The notes: a model not told the origin generated them from the sequence alone. A stretch of 62,790 nt of DNA, filler included, from 4 parts of 4 records of this genome joined end to end with filler, not necessarily neighbours in it; one strand, 5' to 3'. Shown: positions 37,820 through 47,635, counted from the first letter of the whole stretch. Made by a program: numbers and translations.

Positions 37820-37933
37820 GCTGGCGTGGTCGAGCTGAAGCTGCGGTTCGGGTCACGGTGAAAGATCATTGAATTGCAGCAATGTGGTTGCCGCCGTCAA
37901 TTTCATCATGCCCGATAGGAAGGAGGCAGGAGA

Positions 37934-38269
37934 ATGATTGCCAGAGGGAAAACAATCCTACCCATGCTGATGAGTGTCATTGCGACCGCCGGGTGCCAGA
38001 GCCCTGCGGAGGCTCCATCCGGCCCCGAACAGGTGTATCGCGACGCCTGTCTGATATGTCACGCCGGGCCCGGGGCCTCTGCGCCTGATCTGACCACGCT
38101 ATCGGCCGTCAATGGTGGCAGTTTTCCGATGGAGGAGGTGATTGCAATCATCGACGGGCGGCAGAACGTGCGGGCCCATGGGTCGCCCATGCCGGTCTGG
38201 GGCGCGCGTTATTCGACCGAGGATATCCGCAGTCTCGCTGCCTATCTGGCCACGATCCAGCAATCATAA
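37934..38269 (+). CDS. Monoheme c-type cytochrome lipoprotein (copy 2)
   Basis: AGGAG RBS, lipobox TAGC, CLICH, RAHGSPMPVWG. Confidence 0.9.
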   Translation: MIARGKTILPMLMSVIATAGCQSPAEAPSGPEQVYRDACLICHAGPGASAPDLTTLSAVNGGSFPMEEVIAIIDGRQNVRAHGSPMPVWGARYSTEDIRSLAAYLATIQQS

Positions 38270-38270
38270 G

Positions 38271-38304
38271 GGAACCCCGGAGGCGGGACATCCTCCGGGG
38301 TTCC
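38271..38304. terminator. Strong hairpin between convergent genes
   Basis: GGAACCCCGGAGG...CCTCCGGGGTTCC 13-bp stem; no U-tract. Confidence 0.55.
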
Positions 38305-38360
38305 GGCGCGGAGAAGCGGGGGACAGGCTGCTCGATCGCTCCGCGCCTTGGGCGCGGGGC

Positions 38361-40448
38361 TCAGTTGCCCGACAGGCTTTCCGCAAGACGCATCAGTTGC
38401 ACCGCTTCGAACCGGTAGCCGAACTCATCCTCGCCTCGGTTGGCATTGGCCAGCGCGATGGCGTCGCCATAGCTCCAGTCGCCAAGGAAGTCCGAGCCGC
38501 GCAGCAACTGGCCAAATCCCGCGATGGCGGCGGCGAATTGGGCTTCCGGATCGGGGCTGTCGGTCAGCTCGATGGGGAATTCCACAAGCTGGCTTTCCTC
38601 CTCGCCGGGGGCTTTCCAGCGCAGGCGCAGGAAGCCCAGTTCATCGGAATGGTCGGCGGCGGTGGTGTCCGGTTCGTCGCTGGCATAGCGCAGCGGGTCG
38701 GTCAGGCGGGCGGGGCTGTCCACCGGCGTGACCTCATAGAGCGCCGTCACGGAATGGCCCGCGCCCAGTTCGCCGGCATCCACGTCGTCGTTGTTGAAAT
38801 CCTCGCGCGCCAGGGCGCGGGTTTCATAGCCAATAAGCCGGTATTCCGCGATCACGGCGGGGTTGAATTCGACCTGGATCTTGACGTCGTCGGCAATCGG
38901 GAACAGCGCGCCCGCCAGTTGGTCGACCAGCACCCGCTGTGCCTCGTTCAGGGTGTCGATATAGGCGGCCGTGCCGTTGCCGTTCTGGGCCAGCGCCTGC
39001 ATGGTGTCGTCTTGCAGGTTGCCGCGCCCGAAGCCGAGGACGCTGAGATAGGTGCCGCTGTCGCGCTGGTCGGCGATGAAATCGGTCAGCGCCTCGGGGT
39101 CCGAGATGCCGACGTTGAAATCGCCATCGGTGGCCAGCAGGACGCGGCTAACCTCGCCCTCCTCAGACATCTGGTTGGCAAGCCCATAGGCCACCTGCAA
39201 CCCGCCCACACCATTGGTGGATCCGCCCGCCTGCAGCGACGTCAGCGCCGCTTCGATGGCTTCTCGGTCGCTGGCCGGGGTAGGTTCCAACGCCACGCCC
39301 GCGTTGCCCGCATAGGTCACGATGGCGACCTCATCCTCCGGGTCCAGCCGGTCCAGCATCAGCCGGAAGGACTGGATCAGAAGCGGCAGTTTGGTCGGAT
39401 CGTTCATCGACCCCGAGGTGTCGATCAGGAACACCAGGTTCAGGGCCGGACGGTCCTCAATCGCGGGCAAATCGCCTTGCAAACCGATGCGCACCAGACG
39501 GGTATCGGGGTTCCAGGGCGTTTCAAACACGTTCACCGTGGGGCGGAAGGGGCTAACATCGCCCTCTTCCGGCGCGGCGTAATCATAGGGGAAATAGTTG
39601 ATCATCTCTTCGATGCGCACGGCATCGGGGTTGGGCATCTGCCCCCGGTTCAGCGAAGAGCGCACCAGCGAATAGGCGGCGGTATCGACGTCGATCGAGA
39701 AGGTCGAGACCGGGTCATCGGCGGTGATGCGCAGGGGGTTGTCGTCTTCGTTGGCAAATTCCTCGGTATTGGCCTCGGGCGGCGCAATTATATCAGGCGA
39801 GGCGACGATGCCGCCGACGAAACCCGGTGTTGCTCCGCGCGAATTCAGCACGGCGCTGTTGCCGTAACCCTGCTGCTGAGGGGCCGCAGCTTCGCCGCTG
39901 GAGTAAAGATTGAGCACACCACCAGAGGGCACCGGCGACGGGGGGGCCACGGGTTCAGCCATGATCACCGGAGCCATTTCAACCCGCTCCACATCACGCA
40001 GGGTGCTGGGCGAGGAGTCCTCGACCGTCTCCACAACGATAAAATCCCCGTCCTGCGCGGCTTCGGTTTCCTGCGCCTGCTCTCGGTCCACGCCCAGAAC
40101 AACCTCTTGTTCCGCGATCACCGGGCCACTATCCGCAGGCGGGCGCAGCAGGTTTTGCCCCTGCGGGCTGAGGAACAGGAAACCAACGGCGACGATGGCG
40201 GTGGTGGCGGTCAATCCGCCAAGGGCGGTGCGGGAAATCAGCATGTCAAAAGCTCCTTTGAAAAAGCCCCCCGTTTGGGGACGATCAGAGCTTTGACGGG
40301 CCTCGGTCCGCGATCCTTGGGTCGCTTCGTAATTTTTTTTCGCCAGCGCCAGATTTTCTGCCCGGCGCGCGGGATCGGCGGCCGGGGTGGCCGCTGTCAT
40401 GGCCGACTTCAGGTCGTCCAGATCGAAATCATCGTTGCGGGGGGTCAT
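38361..40448 (-). CDS. YfbK-like vWA domain membrane protein (candidate anti-sigma partner)
   Basis: STFSIDVDTAAY, MIDAS DTSGSM, LATDGDFNVG, YRLIGYE; N-terminal cytoplasmic segment plus TM helix; overlaps the ECF stop. Confidence 0.9.
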   Translation of the reverse strand: MTPRNDDFDLDDLKSAMTAATPAADPARRAENLALAKKNYEATQGSRTEARQSSDRPQTGGFFKGAFDMLISRTALGGLTATTAIVAVGFLFLSPQGQNLLRPPADSGPVIAEQEVVLGVDREQAQETEAAQDGDFIVVETVEDSSPSTLRDVERVEMAPVIMAEPVAPPSPVPSGGVLNLYSSGEAAAPQQQGYGNSAVLNSRGATPGFVGGIVASPDIIAPPEANTEEFANEDDNPLRITADDPVSTFSIDVDTAAYSLVRSSLNRGQMPNPDAVRIEEMINYFPYDYAAPEEGDVSPFRPTVNVFETPWNPDTRLVRIGLQGDLPAIEDRPALNLVFLIDTSGSMNDPTKLPLLIQSFRLMLDRLDPEDEVAIVTYAGNAGVALEPTPASDREAIEAALTSLQAGGSTNGVGGLQVAYGLANQMSEEGEVSRVLLATDGDFNVGISDPEALTDFIADQRDSGTYLSVLGFGRGNLQDDTMQALAQNGNGTAAYIDTLNEAQRVLVDQLAGALFPIADDVKIQVEFNPAVIAEYRLIGYETRALAREDFNNDDVDAGELGAGHSVTALYEVTPVDSPARLTDPLRYASDEPDTTAADHSDELGFLRLRWKAPGEEESQLVEFPIELTDSPDPEAQFAAAIAGFGQLLRGSDFLGDWSYGDAIALANANRGEDEFGYRFEAVQLMRLAESLSGN

Positions 40449-40987
40449 GTCGACTCCTCCTCGTTGCGAATACGGGCGAGCGCCTTTTTGGCCTCGGATA
40501 TGCGCCAGCTGATCGTGCCCTCGGACACGCCAAGGATCTCTGCAACCTGGGCATGGGTCAGGTCGTCAAGCACCAGCGCCAGCGTGTCGCGCAATGTGTC
40601 CGACAACTGCCCCATGGCGCGGTAGAGCCAGGCGACCTGTTCGGTCTCTTCTTGCGCCGCCTTTTGACGGTTGACCTCCCAATCGCCCCAGCCACTGGCG
40701 GCGCGGGCATGGGCGGCGGCACGACGCCGGCGGTCGGTCGCGGCATTCACCGCCACCCGGTAAAGCCATGTCGTCACCTGCGACTGCCCCCGGTAGCTGG
40801 CCAGTTTGGCGGGCAGAGCGGCGCAGATATCCTGCGTCAGATCCTCTGCCTCGGCACGCGCACCAGTCAGCCGAAAGCACAGCGCAAACAGCCGGTCATA
40901 GTTGCGCGACAGCAGCGCCTCGAACGCCGCTTCATCGCCACCGGCAGCCGCCAGGGCCAGATCCTGATCACTTACACTCATGCGCAT
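40445..40987 (-). CDS. ECF RNA polymerase sigma factor
   Basis: AEAEDLTQD, TWLYRVAVN, HAQVAEILGVSEGTISWRIS. Confidence 0.92.
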   Translation of the reverse strand: MRMSVSDQDLALAAAGGDEAAFEALLSRNYDRLFALCFRLTGARAEAEDLTQDICAALPAKLASYRGQSQVTTWLYRVAVNAATDRRRRAAAHARAASGWGDWEVNRQKAAQEETEQVAWLYRAMGQLSDTLRDTLALVLDDLTHAQVAEILGVSEGTISWRISEAKKALARIRNEEEST

Positions 40988-41202
40988 GTCTTTCCTTGGA
41001 CGCACCCTAAGCCGCGATCCTTGGGAGAAAAGTGAAATATTCTTTTTCGAAGACCCTTCGCGCTGGTGATCTGGCTTTCAGGGCCTGAAAACCGGGATTT
41101 CAGAAAATCAAAATGAGGGGCCTAATACACTAATTTCATTGACGAAAGCCAGATTCGCCCGCATTCAGAATGGGTATTCCCCGCCCCGCAGGAGCGCAGC
41201 CA

Positions 41203-42471
41203 ATGACCATTTCCTATATCAAGCAGGCGGCCGCCCCCGACCATGCAGACACCCGCGAACTGGCGGATCAGGTGGCGCTGATGCTGCGAGTGATCGAGAC
41301 CGAGGGCGAGGTTGCCGTGCGCCGCATGGCCGCCCAGTTCGACCGGTGGGAGGGCGACATTCTGCTGTCGGACGCCGACCGCGCCCGCGCCATTGCCCGC
41401 GTGCCGGAAAGCGTCAAGCAGGACATCCGCTATGCCCATGACAATATCCGCCGCTTTGCAGAAGCGCAGCGCGGCTCGGTCACGGATTGCGAGATCGAGC
41501 TGGCGCCGGGTCTGGTGGCGGGGCAGCGGTTGATCCCGGTGTCGGCGGCGGGCTGCTATGTGCCGGGCGGGCGCTATGCGCATGTGGCCTCGGCGCTGAT
41601 GACGATCACCACCGCCAAGGTGGCGGGCGTGCCGCATATTACCGCGACGTCTCCGGCGAAACCGGGCATTGGCATCCCCGATGCCATCGTCTTCACCATG
41701 GACCTTGCCGGTGCAGACGCGATCCTTGCGCTTGGCGGGGTGCAGGCGGTGGCGGCCATGGCGCATGGGCATTTCGGCCTGCCGGGGGCGGATATTCTGG
41801 TGGGTCCGGGCAACCAGTATGTGGCCGAGGCCAAACGGCAGCTCTTCGGCCCCATCGGCATCGACATGGTGGCAGGACCGACCGACAGCATGGTCATCGC
41901 CGACAGCAAGGCGAACCCCGAAACCGTGGCCTGGGATCTGGTTGGACAGGCCGAGCATGGCTATAACTCGCCCGTCTGGCTGGTGACGAATGACGCGGTT
42001 CTGGCGCAAAGCGTTCTGGCCATGGTGCCCGGCCTGATCGAGACGCTGCCCGAACCCAATGCGGAAAACGCCCGTCAGGCTTGGGCGCGCCATGGCGAGA
42101 TCATCCTGTGCGACACGTTCGAGGACATGGCCCGCGTGGCCGACCGATATGCACCCGAACATCTGCATGTGCAAGCCGAGGGGCTGGACTGGTGGCTCAA
42201 TCGCCTGCGGGTCTATGGCTCACTGTTTCTGGGGGCCGAGACCACGGTGGCCTTTGGCGACAAATGCGCAGGCCCAAACCACGTGCTGCCTACGTCGGGG
42301 GCAGCGCGCTATACAGGCGGGCTGTCCGTCCACAAGTTCCTGAAAACCGTGACCTGGCAGCGCGCCACCGAGGCAGGCGCGCGACCCGTGGCAGAAGCGG
42401 CCGCGCGGATTTCCCGGCTGGAAGGCATGGAAGGCCACGCGCGGACGGCGGATATCCGGCTCCGGGGGTAA
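41203..42471 (+). CDS. hpsN: Histidinol dehydrogenase family, sulfopropanediol 3-dehydrogenase-like
   Basis: GCYVPGGRY, AGPTDS, QAEHGYNSPVWL, PEHL, GDK..G.NHVLPTSGAA.YTGGLSVHK, RLEGMEGHAR match HpsN rather than HisD. Confidence 0.8.
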   Translation: MTISYIKQAAAPDHADTRELADQVALMLRVIETEGEVAVRRMAAQFDRWEGDILLSDADRARAIARVPESVKQDIRYAHDNIRRFAEAQRGSVTDCEIELAPGLVAGQRLIPVSAAGCYVPGGRYAHVASALMTITTAKVAGVPHITATSPAKPGIGIPDAIVFTMDLAGADAILALGGVQAVAAMAHGHFGLPGADILVGPGNQYVAEAKRQLFGPIGIDMVAGPTDSMVIADSKANPETVAWDLVGQAEHGYNSPVWLVTNDAVLAQSVLAMVPGLIETLPEPNAENARQAWARHGEIILCDTFEDMARVADRYAPEHLHVQAEGLDWWLNRLRVYGSLFLGAETTVAFGDKCAGPNHVLPTSGAARYTGGLSVHKFLKTVTWQRATEAGARPVAEAAARISRLEGMEGHARTADIRLRG

Positions 42472-42479
42472 CGGGGTGT

Positions 42480-42502
42480 GGTGGGCAAACTGCCCACCCT
42501 AC
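42480..42502 (-). repeat. GTAG-type REP element
   Basis: Minus strand GTAG-GGTGGGCA-GTT-TGCCCACC between convergent genes. Confidence 0.75.
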
Positions 42503-42509
42503 ACAGACA

Positions 42510-43148
42510 TCAAATGCGGAACAGCGGCTGCAACAGGCGCGGCACCAGCGTGCGGAACCGCAAGGGCGCGTCGGTGGCGGCGAGGCAAATGCAGGGCAGG
42601 CCCTGCCCCGCGACCGGGGTGTGTTCCAGATCCTCGTCCGCGACCTCCAGATCGCCGACGCCGAACGTGCCGGTTTCATCGGCAAAGCTGCCTTGCAGGA
42701 CCAAGGTCATCTCGATCCCGTTATGGCCGTGATCGGGCACCGCGCGGCCCGGCGGGATGTGCAGCAGCCGCAAGCTGCCCTCGGGACCGTCCATGAGGAT
42801 CGACTGGCGCACCCCCATGCCGAGGCTTTTCCAGCGCGGCTCACGATCTTTCAGCGCCGCGATCACCGGGCCGGGGTAGATGCCCTTGCGCGCAGGGGCG
42901 GGGCGGTCCGCAGGTGCGGGACCGTCCAGCAGCGCCAGCACGTCTGATTTCAGCGCGTCGGACAGATCGGCCCCGTCGCCCGCTTCCAGAACCGCGCCGC
43001 CCGCGACCTCATGGGCCTGAACGCCCGCCCGACAGGCCGCGCACATGGAGACATGCGTTGCCACGACGGTTTCGAAGACCGGCGGCAAAGTTCCCGCAGC
43101 ATAGGCCGCCAGCATCGGCTCGGGGATGTGATGGGTGATGTTACTCAT
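42510..43148 (-). CDS. chrR: Anti-sigma-E factor ChrR
   Basis: HH..LAAYAAG, HVSMCAAC zinc motif, cupin HGHNGIEMTLVLQG. Confidence 0.95.
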   Translation of the reverse strand: MSNITHHIPEPMLAAYAAGTLPPVFETVVATHVSMCAACRAGVQAHEVAGGAVLEAGDGADLSDALKSDVLALLDGPAPADRPAPARKGIYPGPVIAALKDREPRWKSLGMGVRQSILMDGPEGSLRLLHIPPGRAVPDHGHNGIEMTLVLQGSFADETGTFGVGDLEVADEDLEHTPVAGQGLPCICLAATDAPLRFRTLVPRLLQPLFRI

Positions 43149-43792
43149 GGCTCTCGTAGCTCTTTCAACTCGTGGCGCAGCCGGTCCAGCCCCAGCCGGA
43201 TGCGGGATTTGATGGTGCCAAGCGGCAACCCTGTCTGTTCGCGGATTTCCTGATGGGTCAGATCGCCCAGATAGGCCTTCTCGATCATCGCGCGCTGATC
43301 TGGTTTTAGGCGGCCAAGCGCCAGTTTCAACTTGCTCGCTTCCTGTTCCATTGCCAGCACCTGCCCGGCATCGGGCTCATGCTCGTCTTCGTGCTTCAAT
43401 TCCTCAGGCATGGCGCGGCCGGTACGGCGGATGGTGTCGATCTGGCGGTTGCGGGTGATCTGGTAGATCCAGCCCGACACCTGCGCCCGTTCCGGGTCGA
43501 ACTGGGCGGCCTTGTGCCAGACCGTCAGCATGACGTCCTGCACGATCTCTTCAGCAAGCGCCGCGTCCATGCCGCCCCGCATGACAAACCCTTTCAGCCG
43601 CGGCGCGTAGAAATCGAACAGGCGCGCAAACGCAGCCCGGTCGCGGGTGTCACGCACCGCCAGCATCCACACGGTCTGATCCGAAATATCCTGCCCTTCG
43701 CCCACGGCCTTCCCGTTCCTTTGCACAGGCCGAACCTGGCGCTGTTTCCGCGCCTGTCCTGTGCCCCGTGTCATATCAGCCGTCATCAACAT
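43145..43792 (-). CDS. rpoE: ECF sigma factor RpoE (singlet-oxygen response)
   Basis: AEEIVQDVMLTVWHKAAQFD, LPLGTIKSRIRL; coupled to chrR; start placed just downstream of its own promoter. Confidence 0.93.
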   Translation of the reverse strand: MLMTADMTRGTGQARKQRQVRPVQRNGKAVGEGQDISDQTVWMLAVRDTRDRAAFARLFDFYAPRLKGFVMRGGMDAALAEEIVQDVMLTVWHKAAQFDPERAQVSGWIYQITRNRQIDTIRRTGRAMPEELKHEDEHEPDAGQVLAMEQEASKLKLALGRLKPDQRAMIEKAYLGDLTHQEIREQTGLPLGTIKSRIRLGLDRLRHELKELREP

Positions 43793-43800
43793 ACGACTTC

Positions 43801-43826
43801 TACGCAGGGGCGCAATTTGTGGATCA
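43801..43826 (-). promoter_or_regulatory. RpoE-dependent promoter of rpoE-chrR
   Basis: Minus strand TGATCC-N16-CGTA. Confidence 0.85.
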
Positions 43827-43830
43827 TTTT

Positions 43831-43856
43831 TGATCCGATCTTTTTGCCAGCCCGTA
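43831..43856 (+). promoter_or_regulatory. RpoE-dependent promoter of the fatty-acid modification operon
   Basis: TGATCC (43831-43836)-N16-CGTA (43853-43856). Confidence 0.85.
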
Positions 43857-43887
43857 TCCATCACAACCGACCCTGACGGAGACACCC

Positions 43888-45177
43888 ATGTCCTTTGACG
43901 CCCCCTTTCGCCCCGCCCGCCGCATCGCCATCATCGGTGGCGGCATTTCGGGGCTGGCAGCCGCGTGGCTGCTGTCGCGCACGGATGCGGTGACGCTCTA
44001 TGAAGCAGAGCCGCGCCTTGGGGGCCATGCCCGCACCGTGATAGCGGGCAGGAACGGGGATCAGCCGGTCGATACCGGGTTCATCGTTTTCAACTATGCC
44101 AACTATCCTCACATGACCCGGATGTTTCAGGATCTGGACGTGCCCATTGTCAAAAGCGACATGAGCTTTGGCGCGACGGTCGATAATGGCCGCATCGAAT
44201 ACGGACTCAAGGATCTAGATGCGCTTTTGGCGCAGCGGTCGAACCTTGCTCGTCCCGGTTTCCTGCGGATGCTGCGTGACATTCTGCGCTTCAACGCCCG
44301 GGCCGAGGCGCTAGCCAAGGATGACAGCGCCACCATTGCCGACCTGATGCGCGACTTGAAACTGGGCCGCTGGTTCCGCGACTACTACCTTGTGCCGCTA
44401 TCCGGCGCGATCTGGTCAACGCCGCCCGAACAGATCCTGTCCTTTCCGGCCAAGGCGCTTGTGCAGTTCTTCCGCAACCATGCGCTGATGTCGACCCATG
44501 GCCAGCACCAGTGGTGGACGGTGGATGGCGGCAGTCGCGAATATGTCAGCCGGTTGGAGGCGTATTTGCGTGAAACCGGCACCGATCTGCGCATCGGCCA
44601 GCCAGTGAAAACCGTTCGCCGGTCGGGTGGTGCATCAACGGTCGTGACAGACGGCGCGGCCGAGGTCTTCGACCACGTCATCTTCGCCTGCCATTCCGAT
44701 CAGGCGCTGCGGCTTCTGGACCGGCCCACCAAGGACGAGCACCAAGCGCTGTCCGCGATCCGCTTTCAGGACAACGAAGTCTGGCTGCACCGCGACCCGG
44801 CCCAGATGCCCAAGCGGCGCAAGGTCTGGTCGTCCTGGGTCTATCAGGCGGAAAAAACCGCAGACAGCACCCGCATCGGCGTCAGCTACTGGATGAACCG
44901 GCTGCAAAACATCCCCGAGGATGACCCGCATTTCATCACGCTCAACCCCGCCCGCCCGATCCGCGAGGATCTGGTCTATGACCAGAACACCTTTGCCCAT
45001 CCGGTCTTCGACCTCGCCGCGCTACGCGCGCAGGGGCAGCTGCGCGACATGCAGGGGCGGAACAATACGTGGTTCGCCGGGGCTTATACCCGCCATGGCT
45101 TTCACGAGGATGGGTTCGCCAGCGCCGTGCGCATCGCCCGCGCTTTGCAGGACCAGCAGCAGGTCATAGCGGCATGA
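43888..45177 (+). CDS. FAD-dependent oxidoreductase/desaturase (RSP1091/UfaD-like)
   Basis: IIGGGISGL, VDTGFIVFN..NYP, GFHEDG; divergent from rpoE. Confidence 0.88.
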   Translation: MSFDAPFRPARRIAIIGGGISGLAAAWLLSRTDAVTLYEAEPRLGGHARTVIAGRNGDQPVDTGFIVFNYANYPHMTRMFQDLDVPIVKSDMSFGATVDNGRIEYGLKDLDALLAQRSNLARPGFLRMLRDILRFNARAEALAKDDSATIADLMRDLKLGRWFRDYYLVPLSGAIWSTPPEQILSFPAKALVQFFRNHALMSTHGQHQWWTVDGGSREYVSRLEAYLRETGTDLRIGQPVKTVRRSGGASTVVTDGAAEVFDHVIFACHSDQALRLLDRPTKDEHQALSAIRFQDNEVWLHRDPAQMPKRRKVWSSWVYQAEKTADSTRIGVSYWMNRLQNIPEDDPHFITLNPARPIREDLVYDQNTFAHPVFDLAALRAQGQLRDMQGRNNTWFAGAYTRHGFHEDGFASAVRIARALQDQQQVIAA

Positions 45178-45920
45178 GCCACTGGCCCGAACATCTGCAA
45201 AGTCAGACCACCCATGCGCGGCGCGGGGGCATTCGGCATGCGTTCACTCACGGGGTGGATTTCGTGCTGATCGACCCCGAAAGCCGCGACGGCCCCGCGC
45301 TTTTCGCCCGGAATGGCGCGGGGCTATATTCCGTTCAGGACCGCCACCATGGCGGCACGCCCGGCAAGGGCCGCGGCGTGACCTGGGCGCAAGAGGTCTT
45401 CGCCGCCCGTGGCCTGACGGAAGCGCGCGTCCTGCTGCTGACCCAGCCCGCCTTTCTGGGCCGCGTGTTCAACCCGGTCAGCTTCTGGCTGGCCTTTCGC
45501 GGCGACGATCTGGTTGCGGTGATATCAGAGGTCACCAACACCTTCGGGGATCGTCACAGCTATCTGTCGGCGCATCCCGGCTTCACCCCGATCCAGCCTC
45601 AAGACGTGCTGGAGGCCGACAAGCTGATGCATGTGTCGCCCTTTCAGGACATCCGAGGCGGCTATCGCTTTCAGTTCCGCATCACGCCCGACCGGATCGC
45701 AATCCGCATCGGCCATGAAAACGGACCCGAGGGCGTAATTGCCACCCTGACCGGCACCCGCCGCCCGATGATCAACGCCACGCTGCTGGCCGCCGCCATG
45801 CGCCGCCCGGCGGGCACTGCGCGCACCTGGGTCTTGATCCATTGGCACGCGCTTCGCCTTAAACTGAAAGGGGCGTTCTACCGCCCCCGCCCCGACGCCC
45901 CCACCCAAGAGGTAAGCTGA
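45174..45920 (+). CDS. DUF1365 protein (RSP1090/UfaO-like)
   Basis: FNPVSFW, EVTNTFGDRHSY, MHVSPF, IHWHALRL. Confidence 0.9.
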   Translation: MSHWPEHLQSQTTHARRGGIRHAFTHGVDFVLIDPESRDGPALFARNGAGLYSVQDRHHGGTPGKGRGVTWAQEVFAARGLTEARVLLLTQPAFLGRVFNPVSFWLAFRGDDLVAVISEVTNTFGDRHSYLSAHPGFTPIQPQDVLEADKLMHVSPFQDIRGGYRFQFRITPDRIAIRIGHENGPEGVIATLTGTRRPMINATLLAAAMRRPAGTARTWVLIHWHALRLKLKGAFYRPRPDAPTQEVS

Positions 45921-47089
45921 TGCTGTTCCTGACCGCCCGAGTGAAACGCGACTTTCTGGAAAGCTGCGGCCAGATCACCGTTGGCCGCCTGCGCCTGCGC
46001 ACGCCCGAGGGCGAGATCTACGATTTCGGGCAAGGCCAGCCCGAGGCCGAAATGGTGATCCGCGACTGGTCCGTCGTCACCGCCTGCGCCGCCAAGGGCG
46101 ATATCGGGCTTGGCGAAACATATCTTGCGGGGCTGTGGGACACGCCGTCGGTCTCTGACCTCTGTCAGGTTGCGCTGCAAAACATGGACCGGCTGGAAAG
46201 CTTCGTCTATGGCGGCTTCTGGGCGCGCATCGGCTACCGGCTGCTTAACACCGTCATGCGGGCCAATTCCCGCACCGGCGCCGCGCGCAACATCCGCAAG
46301 CATTATGACGTGGGCAACGAGTTCTATGCGCTCTGGCTTGACCGGGGGATGACCTATTCCTCAGCACTTTTTGCCGAAGGCGACAGCGATCTGACCCGCG
46401 CCCAGACCCGCAAGAATGCCCGTATCCTCGACCAGTTGAACGGCGACAGCCTGCTGGAGATCGGCTGTGGCTGGGGCGGCTTTGCCGAGGCCGCCGCCGA
46501 CCGGGGCCACACCGTCACCGGGCTGACCCTGTCCCCCAGCCAGAAGGGCTATGCCGACGCCCGCCTCGATGGCCGCGCCGATATCCGCCTGCAAGACTAT
46601 CGCGACACGCGCGGACGCTTTGACAATATCGTGTCGATCGAGATGGTGGAGGCCGTCGGCGAACGCTACTGGCCCACCTATTTCGGCGCGGTCCGGGACC
46701 GGTTGGCCGAGGGCGGACAGGCGGTGTTGCAGGTCATCACCGTGCCCGACGACTATTTCGGCATCTACCGGCGCGGGTCCGATTTCATCCGCTCGCATAT
46801 CTTCCCCGGCGGCATGCTTCTGTCACCGGGCGTGATCCGGGCACAGGCTGCACAGGCGGGGCTGGACGTGGTCGATGACTTCGCCTTCGGGCACCACTAC
46901 GCGGCCACCACGAAGGCATGGCAAACCCGCATGGACGCCGAGAGCCGCCGCATCGCGCGCCTTGGCCTGCCGGATGAATTCCTGCGCGGCTGGCGCTTCT
47001 ATCTGGGGTCATGCACGGCGGCCTTCCTGACCGGTCAGACCGGCGTTCATCAGGTCGCGCTGGCCCATGCCGGGGGGGCAAAACAATGA
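45920..47089 (+). CDS. CFA synthase-family SAM methyltransferase (UfaM/CfaS-like)
   Basis: HYDVGNEFY, MTYSSA, LEIGCGWG, IFPGG. Confidence 0.9.
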   Translation: MLFLTARVKRDFLESCGQITVGRLRLRTPEGEIYDFGQGQPEAEMVIRDWSVVTACAAKGDIGLGETYLAGLWDTPSVSDLCQVALQNMDRLESFVYGGFWARIGYRLLNTVMRANSRTGAARNIRKHYDVGNEFYALWLDRGMTYSSALFAEGDSDLTRAQTRKNARILDQLNGDSLLEIGCGWGGFAEAAADRGHTVTGLTLSPSQKGYADARLDGRADIRLQDYRDTRGRFDNIVSIEMVEAVGERYWPTYFGAVRDRLAEGGQAVLQVITVPDDYFGIYRRGSDFIRSHIFPGGMLLSPGVIRAQAAQAGLDVVDDFAFGHHYAATTKAWQTRMDAESRRIARLGLPDEFLRGWRFYLGSCTAAFLTGQTGVHQVALAHAGGAKQ

Positions 47090-47634
47090 CCTATGTTTTT
47101 GCAGCGCTTGCGCTGACCCTTGCCCTCTGGCTTGCCCTGCGCGCGCGGTTCAGCTTTCGCCGCCAAACGCCGGAAACCTACGCAGAGACCGGCCCCGATT
47201 TCGACATCCGCCGCCATCTGAACGGCCCGATACATTGCGAAGGCGTGATCTACGGTCCGCTTGGCACCGTCACGTCTCGGTTTACCGCCGACATGATGGG
47301 GGAATGGGCGGGCGCGTCGGGCACTTTGGCCGAACATTTCCGCTATGCGGGCGGCGGCACGCAGGACCGCAAATGGTTTCTCAACGTGGCCAATGACGGA
47401 ACCTTCACCGCAACCGCCGATGACATCATCGGCACCGGGCGCGGCGTGGTGTCCGGCGCGACGGTGCGCATGACCTACCGCCTGAAACTGTCCGAGGATG
47501 CGGGCGGCCATGTGCTGGACGTCACCGACTGGATGTACCTTATGGACAATGGCGTGATCATGAACCGGTCCGAGATGCGCAAATACGGTCTGCGGGTGGC
47601 CGAACTGATCGCCACAATGCGCCCCGCCGCCTGA
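47086..47634 (+). CDS. DUF3833 family protein
   Basis: GPDFDIRRHLNG, DWMYLMDNGVIMNRSEMRKYG. Confidence 0.85.
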   Translation: MTYVFAALALTLALWLALRARFSFRRQTPETYAETGPDFDIRRHLNGPIHCEGVIYGPLGTVTSRFTADMMGEWAGASGTLAEHFRYAGGGTQDRKWFLNVANDGTFTATADDIIGTGRGVVSGATVRMTYRLKLSEDAGGHVLDVTDWMYLMDNGVIMNRSEMRKYGLRVAELIATMRPAA

Positions 47635-47635
47635 C

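Noticed and set aside
38142..40625. 827-aa plus-strand ORF
   Set aside because: Antisense shadow of the vWA gene in high-GC DNA; no motifs. The same applies to 14896-15939, 31781-32749, 32941-33969, 34460-35815, 41122-42174 and 1380-2594.
41086..41102. TGAAAACCGGGATTTCA as a LacI-type (HpsR) operator
   Set aside because: Too imperfect, and no regulator is nearby to support it without a PWM.
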